The notes under the pieces were generated by a model. The model was not told the origin of the DNA. It searched no databases and saw only the letters and a list, made by a program, of their open reading frames with translations. Below are positions 9,358 to 18,742 of a DNA stretch of 64,000 nucleotides, one piece after another (positions within the stretch are counted from its first letter, which is position 1; each line of letters begins with the position of its first letter). The stretch is from assembly GCA_019052695.1 (NCBI GenBank), contig JAHQRI010000001.1, positions 7,755-71,754 on the forward strand. The letters run 5' to 3'. Made by a program: the position numbers and the translations under genes. The stretch is from Candidatus Omnitrophota bacterium (GTDB taxonomy: Bacteria; Omnitrophota; Omnitrophia; Omnitrophales; Aquincolibacteriaceae).

Positions 9358-9720
9358 TTTGGTTTTATTATCGGACGGTCTTGCCACCGCCTGCGAAGCG
9401 GCGGGGTCCCGTCCGGAGGCGGAAAAAAAACCGGAGGAGTCGTAAGGCTCTCAGAGGTTCGCCACCGCCAGAGAATCGGCGGGGTCTCGCCGAAGTTCAG
9501 GCGGGAAATCCTACTCCCTCCGTTTGGTTTTATTATCGGACGGTCTTGCCACCGCCTGCGAAGCGGCGGGGTCCCGTCCGGAGGCGGAAAAAAAACCGGA
9601 GGAGTCGTAAGGCTCTCAGAGGTTCGCCACCGCCAGAGAATCGGCGGGGTCTCGCCGAAGTTCAGGCGGGAAATCCTCTCGCCGCCGCTCGATTTTAGTT
9701 GTCGGGCGGTCCTGCGAGAG
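9342..9720. repeat. 165-bp tandem direct repeat, 2 full copies plus a diverged partial third, each starting with the tRNA 3' end
   Basis: aatcctactccctccgtttggtttt... recurs at 9342, 9507 and, diverged, 9672. Each unit also holds two GC-rich ccgcc/ggcgg mini-hairpins. Confidence 0.85.
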
Positions 9721-9733
9721 ACAAAAGGGATTT

Positions 9734-10501
9734 ATGACGATGAAACCGTGGTATGAAGCCTTGTTCGAGAATTACGCCCGGAAATACGACCAGGAAAGTT
9801 TCGTCCGGGGGACCGACGGCGAATGTGATTTTATCGAACAGGAGATCGCTTTCGGCAGGTCCTGCCGGATCCTCGACATCGGTTGCGGTACCGGACGTCA
9901 CGCGATCGAATTGGCAAAAAGGGGATATGAAGTGACCGGCGTTGACCTTTCCGGGAATCAGATCAAACGGGCGAGGGAAAAGGCGCAAGAAGCAGGGGTG
10001 ACCGTTGACTTCCGGATACAAGATGCCCGTCACCTTCCGTTTGACGGTGAATTTGATCTGGCCGTGATGCTCTGCGAGGGCGGGTTTTCTCTTATGGAAA
10101 CAGATGAGATGAACTTTGAGATCCTCAAGAACGCAACAAAAGCGCTGAAGGATAAAGGCAAGCTCATTTTCACGGCGCTGAACGGATTGTTCCCGCTGTT
10201 CCATTCCGTCAATGAATTCTATAAGGCGGTCCAGAAAGAAGGCCAGTCCCAGTGCGGGGAGTGTTCTTTTGATCTGATGACGTTCCGCGATCATAACACC
10301 GTTATTTTCGAGGACGACTCAGGCAACAAAAAAGAACTGAAGTGCAATGAGCGCTATTATGCGCCCAGCGAGATCACGTGGCTTTTAAAAACGCTGGGAT
10401 ATGGCAAGATCGATATTTTCGGCGCGAAGCTGGGGGCTTTTTCGAGGAACGACAGATTGACGACCGAAGATTTCGAAATGCTCGTCGTCGCTCAGAAATA
10501 A
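9734..10501 (+). CDS. class I SAM-dependent methyltransferase
   Basis: ILDIGCGTGRHAIELAKRGYEVTGVDLS is SAM-binding motif I. Confidence 0.8.
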   Translation: MTMKPWYEALFENYARKYDQESFVRGTDGECDFIEQEIAFGRSCRILDIGCGTGRHAIELAKRGYEVTGVDLSGNQIKRAREKAQEAGVTVDFRIQDARHLPFDGEFDLAVMLCEGGFSLMETDEMNFEILKNATKALKDKGKLIFTALNGLFPLFHSVNEFYKAVQKEGQSQCGECSFDLMTFRDHNTVIFEDDSGNKKELKCNERYYAPSEITWLLKTLGYGKIDIFGAKLGAFSRNDRLTTEDFEMLVVAQK

Positions 10502-10604
10502 AGTAGGCGCTTGGGCACGCGAAACGGGCACGGCCGCGGGTTTTTCTTCACGGATCCGCGTGAAAGGTTTACAATAAACAAATTTTAAAAAGGAGATCGA
10601 ATCC

Positions 10605-10982
10605 ATGTCCGGAGACCGACCGTCGGGAGCTTCTCATTCATCTGCCGAGCGCAGGCAGCATGTCCGTGTCGACATTTTCGCGGTCACCCGCTATTTTGAC
10701 ACCCTTCTCAAACAGGAGGTCGGGGTCCAGACCCGGATCGCGGATATTTCAGAGGGCGGCGTGCTCATGCTGACCTTCAGTGAAGGGGTCCCCCTCCACA
10801 CGAACGTGCGGCTGAGCTTCCGGCTGCCGGACGCGGAGAGCACCCTGATTTCGGTGGAAGGAACGATCCGCCACACGAACCGTTTGGAGAGGGACCTTTA
10901 CCGGTCCGGGCTCCAATTCTCCGGGGTTGACGCGAAGAACCTCAAGGCCATCCGGAAGTATATCTCCCAGCACGCAAAATAA
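10605..10982 (+). CDS. PilZ domain protein
   Basis: RRQHVRVDI ... ADISEGGVLM resembles the PilZ RxxxR / DxSxGG pattern. Confidence 0.65.
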   Translation: MSGDRPSGASHSSAERRQHVRVDIFAVTRYFDTLLKQEVGVQTRIADISEGGVLMLTFSEGVPLHTNVRLSFRLPDAESTLISVEGTIRHTNRLERDLYRSGLQFSGVDAKNLKAIRKYISQHAK

Positions 10983-11077
10983 CCGTTCCTCTCGCTTTCC
11001 TGCCCTCACGTTCCGACGGCGCCGGACATTATCGGCCGCAAGGACCGTGTTCCCGCCGATCGCAGGGGTTCTTGCCG

Positions 11078-11503
11078 TCAGCAGGGCGGACCGATGATGT
11101 CTTTGACGAATTGTTCGAGCAACGTCTCAAGGTTGATAGGTTTGGTGAGGTATTCGCAGGCGCCGTATTCGATCAGTTTCTTGACGATGTCGTTATCCTT
11201 GTAGCCGGTCAGGATCACGACGGCCAGGGAAGGGTTCTTCTCGTGGATCGCGCGCATGACCGCGACCCCGTCCATGCCCGGCAGGCCGACGTCGAGCAGC
11301 ACGAGCGTGGGCGGGTCCTGGGCGATCGCCCGGAGCCCGTCGGGGCCGTTCAGCGCGTAGGAGGCGGCGTATCCGGCGTCCATGAGGAAATCCGTTACCA
11401 TTTTGCAGATCTCGGGTTCGTCATCGATGATCAGGACTTTTTTCGGCACGGCGCCCTCCTCACGGCGGACATTATAAGGCAGGGCCACGGTCTCTCGAAA
11501 CAA
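11078..11503 (-). CDS. response regulator, receiver domain only (CheY-like)
   Basis: KKVLIIDDE, LLDVGLPGMDG and a C-terminal K as in YLTKP. No output domain. Confidence 0.8.
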   Translation of the reverse strand: MFRETVALPYNVRREEGAVPKKVLIIDDEPEICKMVTDFLMDAGYAASYALNGPDGLRAIAQDPPTLVLLDVGLPGMDGVAVMRAIHEKNPSLAVVILTGYKDNDIVKKLIEYGACEYLTKPINLETLLEQFVKDIIGPPC

Positions 11504-11604
11504 TAAATTGGTAAAAGCAGCCGAAGCCGCGTCGCAGCGCGAGATTTGTATCGCTAATCCGTGAGCGAGTTGCTATTATCTAACCCGAAAGGGCTCGGAA
11601 CGCT

Positions 11605-12582
11605 ATGTTAACAAGTTTCTACTATAAAAAAGGCGCGGAACCCGCGACCAACCTCTCCCGCGAACGCATGTTCTCCGCGCTCGGGGAAAAGGGCGCTCTC
11701 CTTTGGGTCGACCTTGAATCGCCGACCGAATTCGAAAGCGATGCCCTCGTCGAGATCTTCAACTTCCACCCCCTCGCCGTGGAAGATTGCATCAACGACC
11801 AGTCCCATCCCAAGCTGGATGACTATGAAGAGTACCTTTTTCTGGTCGTCCATGCGCTTTCGGTGAAGAAGGACGGCCACGCGAAACAGCTGCGGACGCC
11901 CGAGCTGGACATTTTTTTCGGGGAGAATTACGTGGTTACGGTCCATCAGGAACCGTTGAACTGCACTTCCCACATCCGCGAGCTCGCCTCGAAAAAACCG
12001 GCCGCCGCGCTCGCGGACGGTACCGATGTTTTAGTGCACCTGATCCTCGATAATCTGGTGGATAATTACCTGCCCGTCCTCAACGATTACGATGTCCGCA
12101 TCGACGCCCTCGAGCGGGACATGTTCAATCACATCCCGAAGGATTTCCTCCAGACCCTGCTCCAGGTGAAACAGGATGTCTTCGACCTCCGGAGGGTCAT
12201 CGGGCCCCAGCGTGACACGATCTATTCCCTAGCCCGGACGCCGGGCCGTTTCATCAAACAGAAACATCTGATGTATTTCCGCGACGTTTACGACCATTTG
12301 TTCCGTATCCACGGCATGGCGGAGACCTATCATGAGAACCTCAACAACATCCTGCAGGTCTATTTTTCGCACTCCTCCTACCGCCTGAACGAGGTCCTGA
12401 AGCACCTGACAGTCCTGGCGACGGTCACTATGCCGCCGGTCATTGTCGCGAGCATCTACGGAATGAACTTCAAACATATGCCGGAACTCGAGTGGCCGTT
12501 CGGGTACCTTTTCGCGATCGGGCTTTGCTGTTTTTCCTCTCTCGGGATGTATCTGTGGATGAAGTTCAAAAAATGGATCTAG
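11605..12582 (+). CDS. corA: magnesium/cobalt transporter CorA
   Basis: YGMNF motif before the two C-terminal TM helices. Confidence 0.85.
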   Translation: MLTSFYYKKGAEPATNLSRERMFSALGEKGALLWVDLESPTEFESDALVEIFNFHPLAVEDCINDQSHPKLDDYEEYLFLVVHALSVKKDGHAKQLRTPELDIFFGENYVVTVHQEPLNCTSHIRELASKKPAAALADGTDVLVHLILDNLVDNYLPVLNDYDVRIDALERDMFNHIPKDFLQTLLQVKQDVFDLRRVIGPQRDTIYSLARTPGRFIKQKHLMYFRDVYDHLFRIHGMAETYHENLNNILQVYFSHSSYRLNEVLKHLTVLATVTMPPVIVASIYGMNFKHMPELEWPFGYLFAIGLCCFSSLGMYLWMKFKKWI

Positions 12583-12666
12583 CGCTGTTTTTCTTTCATT
12601 CTTATGGGTTAATGGTACAGCACTGCGAACCTTTAAAATCAGCAGCAACGCAGTGCTAGCCTCCTT
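12583..12666 (+). terminator. 9-bp perfect hairpin (agcactgcg ... cgcagtgct) after corA
   Basis: Stem flanks a loop containing aacctttaaaa. No strong U-run. Confidence 0.3.
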
Positions 12667-13713
12667 TTGCCGCAGCAAGTTTCCATGCGATACCTTTACG
12701 ATCTAACCCCGCAGGAAATCGAAACGATCGTCGCGTCCTACAAGCTTCCGAAATATCGCGGGGTTCAGATCCTCGAAGGTATTTATAAAAAGCATGCTCT
12801 GAGTTGGGACGAGATCCCGTCGCTTTCGAAGGAGATACGGAAAAAATTATCCTCAACACATGAAGTGGCCTCGCTCCGCTTTGTTGAAGCGAGGGACGCC
12901 CGGGGGGATTCTCAAAAATTCCTGTTCCAAACCGCGGACGAGCATTTTCTTGAAAGTGTCCTGATCGCTCAAAAAGAGCGCGAGACGGTCTGCGTTTCGA
13001 CCCAGTTGGGCTGCAAGATCAAATGTGTTTTTTGCGCGAGCGGGAAGGGGCCCTTTGTCCGGAATCTCACGGCCGGCGAGATCGTGGAACAGGTTGCTTG
13101 GATCGGCCGCCGTTCCGGAAAAAAGATCACGAACGTGGTCTTCATGGGGATGGGGGAGCCGCTCGATAATTTCGAAGCAGCCGTGAAAGCGGTCCGGATC
13201 CTGACCGCACCGTGGGGATTTGGGCTCGGTGCGCGCCGCGTGACGGTCTCGACGGCCGGGATCACGCCCAGGATCCTGGAATTCGTTCAGCGCGTGGACG
13301 GACGCGTCAGGCTCTCGGTGTCGCTCCATTCGAGCCGTGAGGACGTTCGCAGTGCCCTGGTTCCCATCAACCGGCGTTATCCCCTCCAGGGACTTGTCGC
13401 GGCGCTTCAGAGGATCAACCGCGACCTGAAACGCGAGATCACGTTTGAATACACGATCATCGCGGGTGTGAATGATTCGGAGGAAGAGGCCCGGGGGGTC
13501 GTTGCGATCGCGAAACCTCTTAAGGCCAAGATCAACGTTATTCCCTACAATCCCGTAAGCGAGTTCGGCCACCGGCCCCCTGACGAGGAGACCCTCCGGA
13601 GATTCTGCAAGACCCTCGAGAAGGGCGGACTGCGCGTGATGCTGCGCCGGACCGCGGGGCAGGAAATCGATGCCGCCTGCGGACAGCTCAGACTTGACCG
13701 CTTGTCTCAATAA
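12667..13713 (+). CDS. rlmN: 23S rRNA (adenine2503-C2)-methyltransferase RlmN (radical SAM)
   Basis: CVSTQLGCKIKCVFCASG carries the radical SAM cysteines. Overall RlmN/Cfr layout. True start may be MRYLYDL at 12685. Confidence 0.85.
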   Translation: MPQQVSMRYLYDLTPQEIETIVASYKLPKYRGVQILEGIYKKHALSWDEIPSLSKEIRKKLSSTHEVASLRFVEARDARGDSQKFLFQTADEHFLESVLIAQKERETVCVSTQLGCKIKCVFCASGKGPFVRNLTAGEIVEQVAWIGRRSGKKITNVVFMGMGEPLDNFEAAVKAVRILTAPWGFGLGARRVTVSTAGITPRILEFVQRVDGRVRLSVSLHSSREDVRSALVPINRRYPLQGLVAALQRINRDLKREITFEYTIIAGVNDSEEEARGVVAIAKPLKAKINVIPYNPVSEFGHRPPDEETLRRFCKTLEKGGLRVMLRRTAGQEIDAACGQLRLDRLSQ

Positions 13714-13715
13714 CA

Positions 13716-13792
13716 GCGCAACGCACAACGCGCAACGGTCAACGATAGATAGGCACAAAGCCACACGCCACATGCCACACGACGACAAGAGC
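13716..13792. repeat. heptamer repeat block: 4 CGCAACG-type units then CACAAAG/CCACACG units (left inverted-repeat arm)
   Basis: cgcaacgcacaacgcgcaacggtcaacg ... cacaaagccacacgccacatgccacacg. Confidence 0.6.
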
Positions 13793-13795
13793 TGA

Positions 13796-14308
13796 CTAGT
13801 CGTCGATGCTTTTATAGAGTTTCCAGAGCAATCCTCCAACCTGGTCCCTTGTTTCGAAGATGGCCCGATGTTGTTCGCTCCCCACGTAGCCTAGCTTTAA
13901 AGCGAAGTCGAGTAAATATTCGATCTCCGATAGAGATCCTAGAGCTATGTTGACGTATTGTTTAAATTCTTTTCGGTTTTGGCGGCCATTTCCTTCCACA
14001 AGGTTCGTAGGAACGGATAAAGCAGCGCGACGCATCTGGGATCGGACGCCGTAAGTTTCATCCCGAGGGAAGGATTCGGTGGCCTTGTAGATTAAGAAGG
14101 CTAGTTCGTCGGCCCTTTGCCACGCGATCAGTTTCTTGTAACCTTTTTCCCGTCGCGAAACTTCCGCGGGAGTTCCTTCTGCCGGAGCAGATTGCTCCAC
14201 AAGATTTTCTTGGGGCTTGGAGACTGAGCCATAGGGTTGTTTTTTAAAGAAAGTCTTGTGGCTTTGTGGCGTGTGGCCTTGTGGCATGCGATGATCCGTT
14301 TCGTTCAT
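13796..14308 (-). CDS. four helix bundle protein (23S rRNA intervening-sequence protein family)
   Basis: Core LIAWQRADELAFLIYKATESFP ... LSEIEYLL. AAGGAG SD 6 nt ahead of the ATG. The N-terminal ~60 aa, including PQGHTPQSHKT, are read through the right inverted repeat. Confidence 0.7.
   Translation of the reverse strand: MNETDHRMPQGHTPQSHKTFFKKQPYGSVSKPQENLVEQSAPAEGTPAEVSRREKGYKKLIAWQRADELAFLIYKATESFPRDETYGVRSQMRRAALSVPTNLVEGNGRQNRKEFKQYVNIALGSLSEIEYLLDFALKLGYVGSEQHRAIFETRDQVGGLLWKLYKSIDD
14254..14288. repeat. right inverted-repeat arm (CTTTGTG/GCGTGTG units), reverse-complement-related to 13753..13783
   Basis: cttgtggctttgtggcgtgtggccttgtggcatgc. Confidence 0.55.
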
Positions 14309-14309
14309 A

Positions 14310-16064
14310 TTACTCTCCTTGTTTGATTGGTGTAGTTTTCGAGTCCCGAGGGGCGAGTCCCGAGTCCCCGTCTCCCGCTACCGGTCGAAAAATCCACAGC
14401 TGATTTAAGTCCGGCCTCTTCCGGCAGAGTCGCTCCAACCGCTTGCTAAAAAAACCGTTCGTCATGCCGTCGAGCAGCGCAGTCAGTTCGTCGATCCGCA
14501 GGAGCCCGTCCAGGTGTTCCTGTTCGGAGGCGGGCGGCGTGAAGAGAAGATCGATCTGGAGGCGCCGCCGTTCGTAATAAACGCGAGTGACCTCGGAGAG
14601 CAGATCGTTGCGGAGTTCGACCATCATTTTTTCCCGGGAATCGATGGAGGTTTGGTCGGAACTGTAGAGGATGTCTCCCAGGTCCCAGCTGACGCGGGCG
14701 TCCCAGCCTTTGTCGGTGTCGTTGGGGCCGTAAATGAAGCGGTCCGGATCGTTCGTCCCGCCTCGGTCGAGATCGATGTTGTTCCCGGTCGAATAATCCC
14801 TGCCGAAAGAAAAGGTCGGAAGAAGACCTGCGGCGCGTGACGCGACGTGCCAACGTTTGATCTTGCCGTTCGAAACGTCGGCGTAACGAATGACCGCCTT
14901 TTGGACCTCCCGGGCGCTCGGTTCAAGATGCACGAGCTCCCGGAAAAGGGACAAAACTTCCGGGGGCGGCGCCGGCACGGGCGACAAAGAAATCTCTTCC
15001 GGAGCGATCCGGAATTGCATGAGCCCCTCAGGCGTGATCGCCGCAAGAGATTCCTGCGCGCCGCGCAGCAGGGCCATGCTCTCGGTATCGGTTTGCGCGA
15101 GACCTTTGAACAGGGCTTCCCAAGCGTTACGGGCAGGGGAAAAGGTGTAGATCCCCCGTGGCGTCGCGGCGTAAAGGCGGTCGGCTTTTTCGGAATGCGC
15201 GAGTTGACGGATGTTCGTGCTCTGAAGCCCGCTGGAAGGGAGCGCGTGCCAGCTGAACCCGCGGTCTTTGCTCTCGAAGACGCCCTCGGCGGTGCCGAGC
15301 CAAAGTGTATTGGGGTCCGACTTGGCGACGATCAGGTCGAAGAGCTTTGTGGGGAGCGGCGATGCCGCTTCTTCCTCCCGGAACACCGTCTCCGCGAGAT
15401 CGGAGAAGGAGGAAGATGCCGCCGTCTCAAAACTTCCCGGCAGCGCGAAGGTCTGACGGATCTCGTCCGAAGGCTTCAGGACATAAAGCGTGCGTGATCC
15501 CCCGATGAAAAGACGGTCCGCGGCGTAAGTCAGGATAAAAACGGGGCGTCTCGCCGCAAAATAACGGGACCGGGACCAGGTTTTTCCCGCATCCCTTGTT
15601 TCCCAAAGGCCTGTTTGAGTTCCGAGAAACCAGCGGTTCGGGTCCTGGGGGTCGACGGTGAATGAAAGAAGGTCCCCCATGCCGTCCGCGCGATCCGCGT
15701 GGACTTTTTGCCAGCGGTCCTTTTTGAGCTCGCCCATGAAAATATTTCGTTCCGTCAAAATGAACAGATGATCCGGCAAATAATCAAAAGAAAAGATGCG
15801 GCGGACCGGAGCCTGGGTGCTTCCCGCGGACCAAAGGGTTTGCCAACGGCCGGTCTTGGGGTCGTTCTCGAAAAGCTGATGGCTTGAACTTGCCAGGATC
15901 TTGGAGGGCTCGTGAGGATGAGGGAGGACACAAGTCAGGCCGCCGGGACCGGGCGGTTGGACCGGTTTTTCCCAGTTCGCGTGCCCCGCCGGGAGGTGAG
16001 CAAATGCCAAGAACGATCCGAACACGAATATTCGTTTCCACACCGGCGTTATTCTTTTTTTCAT
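14310..16064 (-). CDS. secreted BNR/Asp-box repeat beta-propeller-like protein
   Basis: Signal peptide MKKRITPVWKRIFVFGSFLAFA after an AAAGGAG RBS. The track ORF starts at 16136. SxDxGxTW-like boxes: RDAGKTWSRS, KDRGFSWHAL. Confidence 0.55.
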   Translation of the reverse strand: MKKRITPVWKRIFVFGSFLAFAHLPAGHANWEKPVQPPGPGGLTCVLPHPHEPSKILASSSHQLFENDPKTGRWQTLWSAGSTQAPVRRIFSFDYLPDHLFILTERNIFMGELKKDRWQKVHADRADGMGDLLSFTVDPQDPNRWFLGTQTGLWETRDAGKTWSRSRYFAARRPVFILTYAADRLFIGGSRTLYVLKPSDEIRQTFALPGSFETAASSSFSDLAETVFREEEAASPLPTKLFDLIVAKSDPNTLWLGTAEGVFESKDRGFSWHALPSSGLQSTNIRQLAHSEKADRLYAATPRGIYTFSPARNAWEALFKGLAQTDTESMALLRGAQESLAAITPEGLMQFRIAPEEISLSPVPAPPPEVLSLFRELVHLEPSAREVQKAVIRYADVSNGKIKRWHVASRAAGLLPTFSFGRDYSTGNNIDLDRGGTNDPDRFIYGPNDTDKGWDARVSWDLGDILYSSDQTSIDSREKMMVELRNDLLSEVTRVYYERRRLQIDLLFTPPASEQEHLDGLLRIDELTALLDGMTNGFFSKRLERLCRKRPDLNQLWIFRPVAGDGDSGLAPRDSKTTPIKQGE

Positions 16065-16415
16065 GAGCGGCTCCTTTAAATATGATAAATATAAATAAAA
16101 TATATACATATTATGCAAATAAGTCAAGAGCAACATTCGCTTTTATTCATAAGGCCGGACAACCGGGTAATTTTTCCAATACAAAGCAAGGGGAACGGTG
16201 CGGGTTATTGAGGATCCGCTTGAAGCATTTAACAAACTTGAAATTGGCAGATGAACGGTTTTTAAAACGATTCATTTGTCCATTCAGCCCAGTTAACACA
16301 GATTTTTAAAGCGACGCTATTCGCGGGAACGCGGTCGCGGAAAGCCTTCCTCCTTTCTTTTGCGGGCCTTTTTTGTTATAGTCCTTCGTCCTTTCAATTT
16401 TTCAGCGGAGTTCTT

Positions 16416-17510
16416 ATGGGATTCAAATGCGGGATCGTCGGCCTCCCGAACGTCGGGAAATCGACCATCTTCAACGCGATCGCCAAGGCGCACGCCGCGG
16501 CGTCGAACTATCCTTTCTGCACGATCGAACCGAACGTCGGCATGGTGCCCGTGCCCGACCCCCGGCTCTGGGCGATCAGCAAACTTTTCAATCCCCAGAA
16601 GACGACGCCGACCACGGTGGAGTTTTATGACATCGCGGGACTGGTCGCGGGGGCTTCGAAAGGTGAAGGGCTTGGGAACCAATTCCTCGGGCACATCAAA
16701 GAGGTCGAGGCGATCTTGCACGTCGTGAGGTGTTTTGAGGACCCGAACATCGTTCATGTTTCCGGCGGCATCGATCCCGAGCGCGACGTCGCGGTGATCG
16801 ACACGGAGCTTTGCCTCAAGGACCTTGACACGATCAATGCGCGCTACGACAAGACCGAAAAACTCTCCCGGACCGGCGATAAAGAGGCGAAGGAGAAAAT
16901 GCCGGTCTATGAAAAGGTCAAGAAAGCGCTCGAAGCGGGGACGCCGTTGAGGCGCCTCGGCCTGACCGAGGAAGAGAAAAAACTCGTGAAGGACATGGCC
17001 TTTATCACGCTCAAGACGGTGCTTTATTGCGCGAACGTCGCCGAAAAAGATCTTCCGGCTGGCGGTCCTTGGGTGGACGTCGTGCGCCGTATCGCGGCCC
17101 AGGAGAGCGCCGAGGTCGTCGTGATCTCCGGAAAGGTCGAGTCGGAATTGATCGACCTGAGCGACGAAGACCAGAAGATCTTCCTCAAGGAACTTGGCCT
17201 CGAAGAGCCCGGGCTGAATTCCCTGATCCGGCACGGTTACCAGGCGCTCCAACTGATTACTTATTTCACGGCCGGAGAGAAAGAAGTTCGTGCCTGGACG
17301 GTCCGCCAGGGGGCCAAGGCACCTCAGGCCGCCGGTGTCATCCATTCGGATTTCGAACGGGGGTTCATCCGCGCCGAGGTCATGCGCTGCGAGGACCTCT
17401 TGAAATACGGCTCCCAGGCTGCCGTGAAAGAGAAGGGGCTGCTGCGTATCGAGGGCAAAGAATACGAGACCCGGGACGGCGACGTCATGCTCTTCCGCTT
17501 TTCCGTCTAG
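16416..17510 (+). CDS. ychF: redox-regulated ribosome-binding ATPase YchF
   Basis: [17 protein letters not shown]-loop, with TGS-domain-like C-terminus. Confidence 0.9.
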   Translation: MGFKCGIVGLPNVGKSTIFNAIAKAHAAASNYPFCTIEPNVGMVPVPDPRLWAISKLFNPQKTTPTTVEFYDIAGLVAGASKGEGLGNQFLGHIKEVEAILHVVRCFEDPNIVHVSGGIDPERDVAVIDTELCLKDLDTINARYDKTEKLSRTGDKEAKEKMPVYEKVKKALEAGTPLRRLGLTEEEKKLVKDMAFITLKTVLYCANVAEKDLPAGGPWVDVVRRIAAQESAEVVVISGKVESELIDLSDEDQKIFLKELGLEEPGLNSLIRHGYQALQLITYFTAGEKEVRAWTVRQGAKAPQAAGVIHSDFERGFIRAEVMRCEDLLKYGSQAAVKEKGLLRIEGKEYETRDGDVMLFRFSV

Positions 17511-17577
17511 CGTTCAGGTCTCCCGGCCGGGCCGAAGACGTTGCCCCTTATTCCCGAAGCGAGTATAATCCATCCCC

Positions 17578-18267
17578 ATGGCGAACCCTTTCTACCGGAT
17601 CTATCGTGATTTCAAGGCCTGCTTCGATCGTGACCCGGCCGCCCGCGCGCCGCTCGGGTTCCTCGAGGTCATTTTTTTGTATCCCGGGTTTCATGCGGTC
17701 CTTTTTTACCGATTCGCTCATATGCTGCATGCGTTACGCATTCCTTTTGTCCCCCGGTTCATCTCCCAGCTTGCCCGCTTTTTGACGGGCGTGGAGATCC
17801 ATCCGGGAGCGAAGATCGGCCCCGGGATCTTCATTGATCACGGCATGGGAGTCGTGATCGGCGAAACGACCGAGATCGGTGAGAACGTCACGGTCTACCA
17901 AGGTGTGACCCTCGGAGGGACCGGGAAGGAACGCGGGAAGCGCCATCCGACGCTCGGCAACAACGTGGTGGTCGGCGTCGGGGCGAAGGTACTCGGCAAC
18001 ATCAAGATCGGAAATTACGTCAAGATCGGCGGCGGGTCCGTGGTGATCCACTCCGTGCCGGACGATTGCACGGTCGTCGGGGTCCCCGGGGAGATCGTCC
18101 GGATCGACGGCAAGCATGTCGAAGAGATCGATCTCGAACACGGGGACCTGCCGGACCCGGTCAGGGAGCTCAAGAACCGGATCCGCAATCTTCAGAAAGA
18201 AGTCGAATCCCTCGAGGCGTTCCACAGAGGACAATCCTTCAAGAATAATAAAACGGATGGAGGATGA
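17578..18267 (+). CDS. cysE: serine O-acetyltransferase
   Basis: Hexapeptide-repeat left-handed beta-helix: GAKIGPGIFIDHGMGVVIGETTEIG. Confidence 0.85.
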   Translation: MANPFYRIYRDFKACFDRDPAARAPLGFLEVIFLYPGFHAVLFYRFAHMLHALRIPFVPRFISQLARFLTGVEIHPGAKIGPGIFIDHGMGVVIGETTEIGENVTVYQGVTLGGTGKERGKRHPTLGNNVVVGVGAKVLGNIKIGNYVKIGGGSVVIHSVPDDCTVVGVPGEIVRIDGKHVEEIDLEHGDLPDPVRELKNRIRNLQKEVESLEAFHRGQSFKNNKTDGG

Positions 18268-18270
18268 CGG

Positions 18271-18729
18271 ATGGCGAAGCAACCCACCCCATCCGCTATC
18301 CGTCCTCCGGTGCCTGTGACCAAGGGAAAGATCTATTCCGACGGCGGGGCACGCGGGAATCCGGGACCGGCGGCTGTCGGGGTCCTGGTCTGCGATGAGA
18401 AGGGGAAGCGGCTCGGGGACCACGGGGAAGTGATCGGGGAAACGACGAACAACGTCGCGGAATACACGGCGGTGATCCGCGGCCTGACCCTTGCGGCGGA
18501 ACTGGGCGTCCAAGAGGCGGACTATTTTTTAGACAGCGAATTGGTGGCGCGCCAGCTTTCCGGGATCTACAAGCTCAAGGCCGAACATCTCAAGCCGCTT
18601 TTTGCGCGGGTGAAAGAGAAGGAAAAGCTTTTCAAACGGATCACATATTTTCACGTACCGCGCGAACATGAGAAGATCCGTCACGTGGACGCCCTGGTGA
18701 ACCGGGCATTGGACGGCGCGGGGTATTAG
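18271..18729 (+). CDS. ribonuclease HI family protein
   Basis: KIYSDGGARGNPGPAAVG ... NNVAEYTA carries RNase H DEDD-fold signature residues. Confidence 0.7.
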   Translation: MAKQPTPSAIRPPVPVTKGKIYSDGGARGNPGPAAVGVLVCDEKGKRLGDHGEVIGETTNNVAEYTAVIRGLTLAAELGVQEADYFLDSELVARQLSGIYKLKAEHLKPLFARVKEKEKLFKRITYFHVPREHEKIRHVDALVNRALDGAGY

Positions 18730-18742
18730 GAAAGGGCGCAGG

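Noticed and set aside
9381-9698. 105-aa ORF with internally repeated sequence
   Set aside because: It is simply the 165-bp tandem repeat read in an open frame, which is why the same peptide occurs twice. Not a gene.
11504-11604. Possible Mg2+ riboswitch upstream of corA
   Set aside because: The leader has none of the conserved M-box segments I can recall and is too short. No support.
12853-13839. 328-aa minus-strand ORF
   Set aside because: Antisense to rlmN.
16137-16415. AT-rich spacer as a candidate small RNA
   Set aside because: No recognisable ncRNA family features. Most simply the divergent promoter region for the BNR-repeat gene and ychF.
16317-17345. 342-aa minus-strand ORF
   Set aside because: Antisense to ychF, whose P-loop identifies the real strand.
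17734-18513. 259-aa minus-strand ORF
   Set aside because: Antisense to cysE and the RNase H gene.
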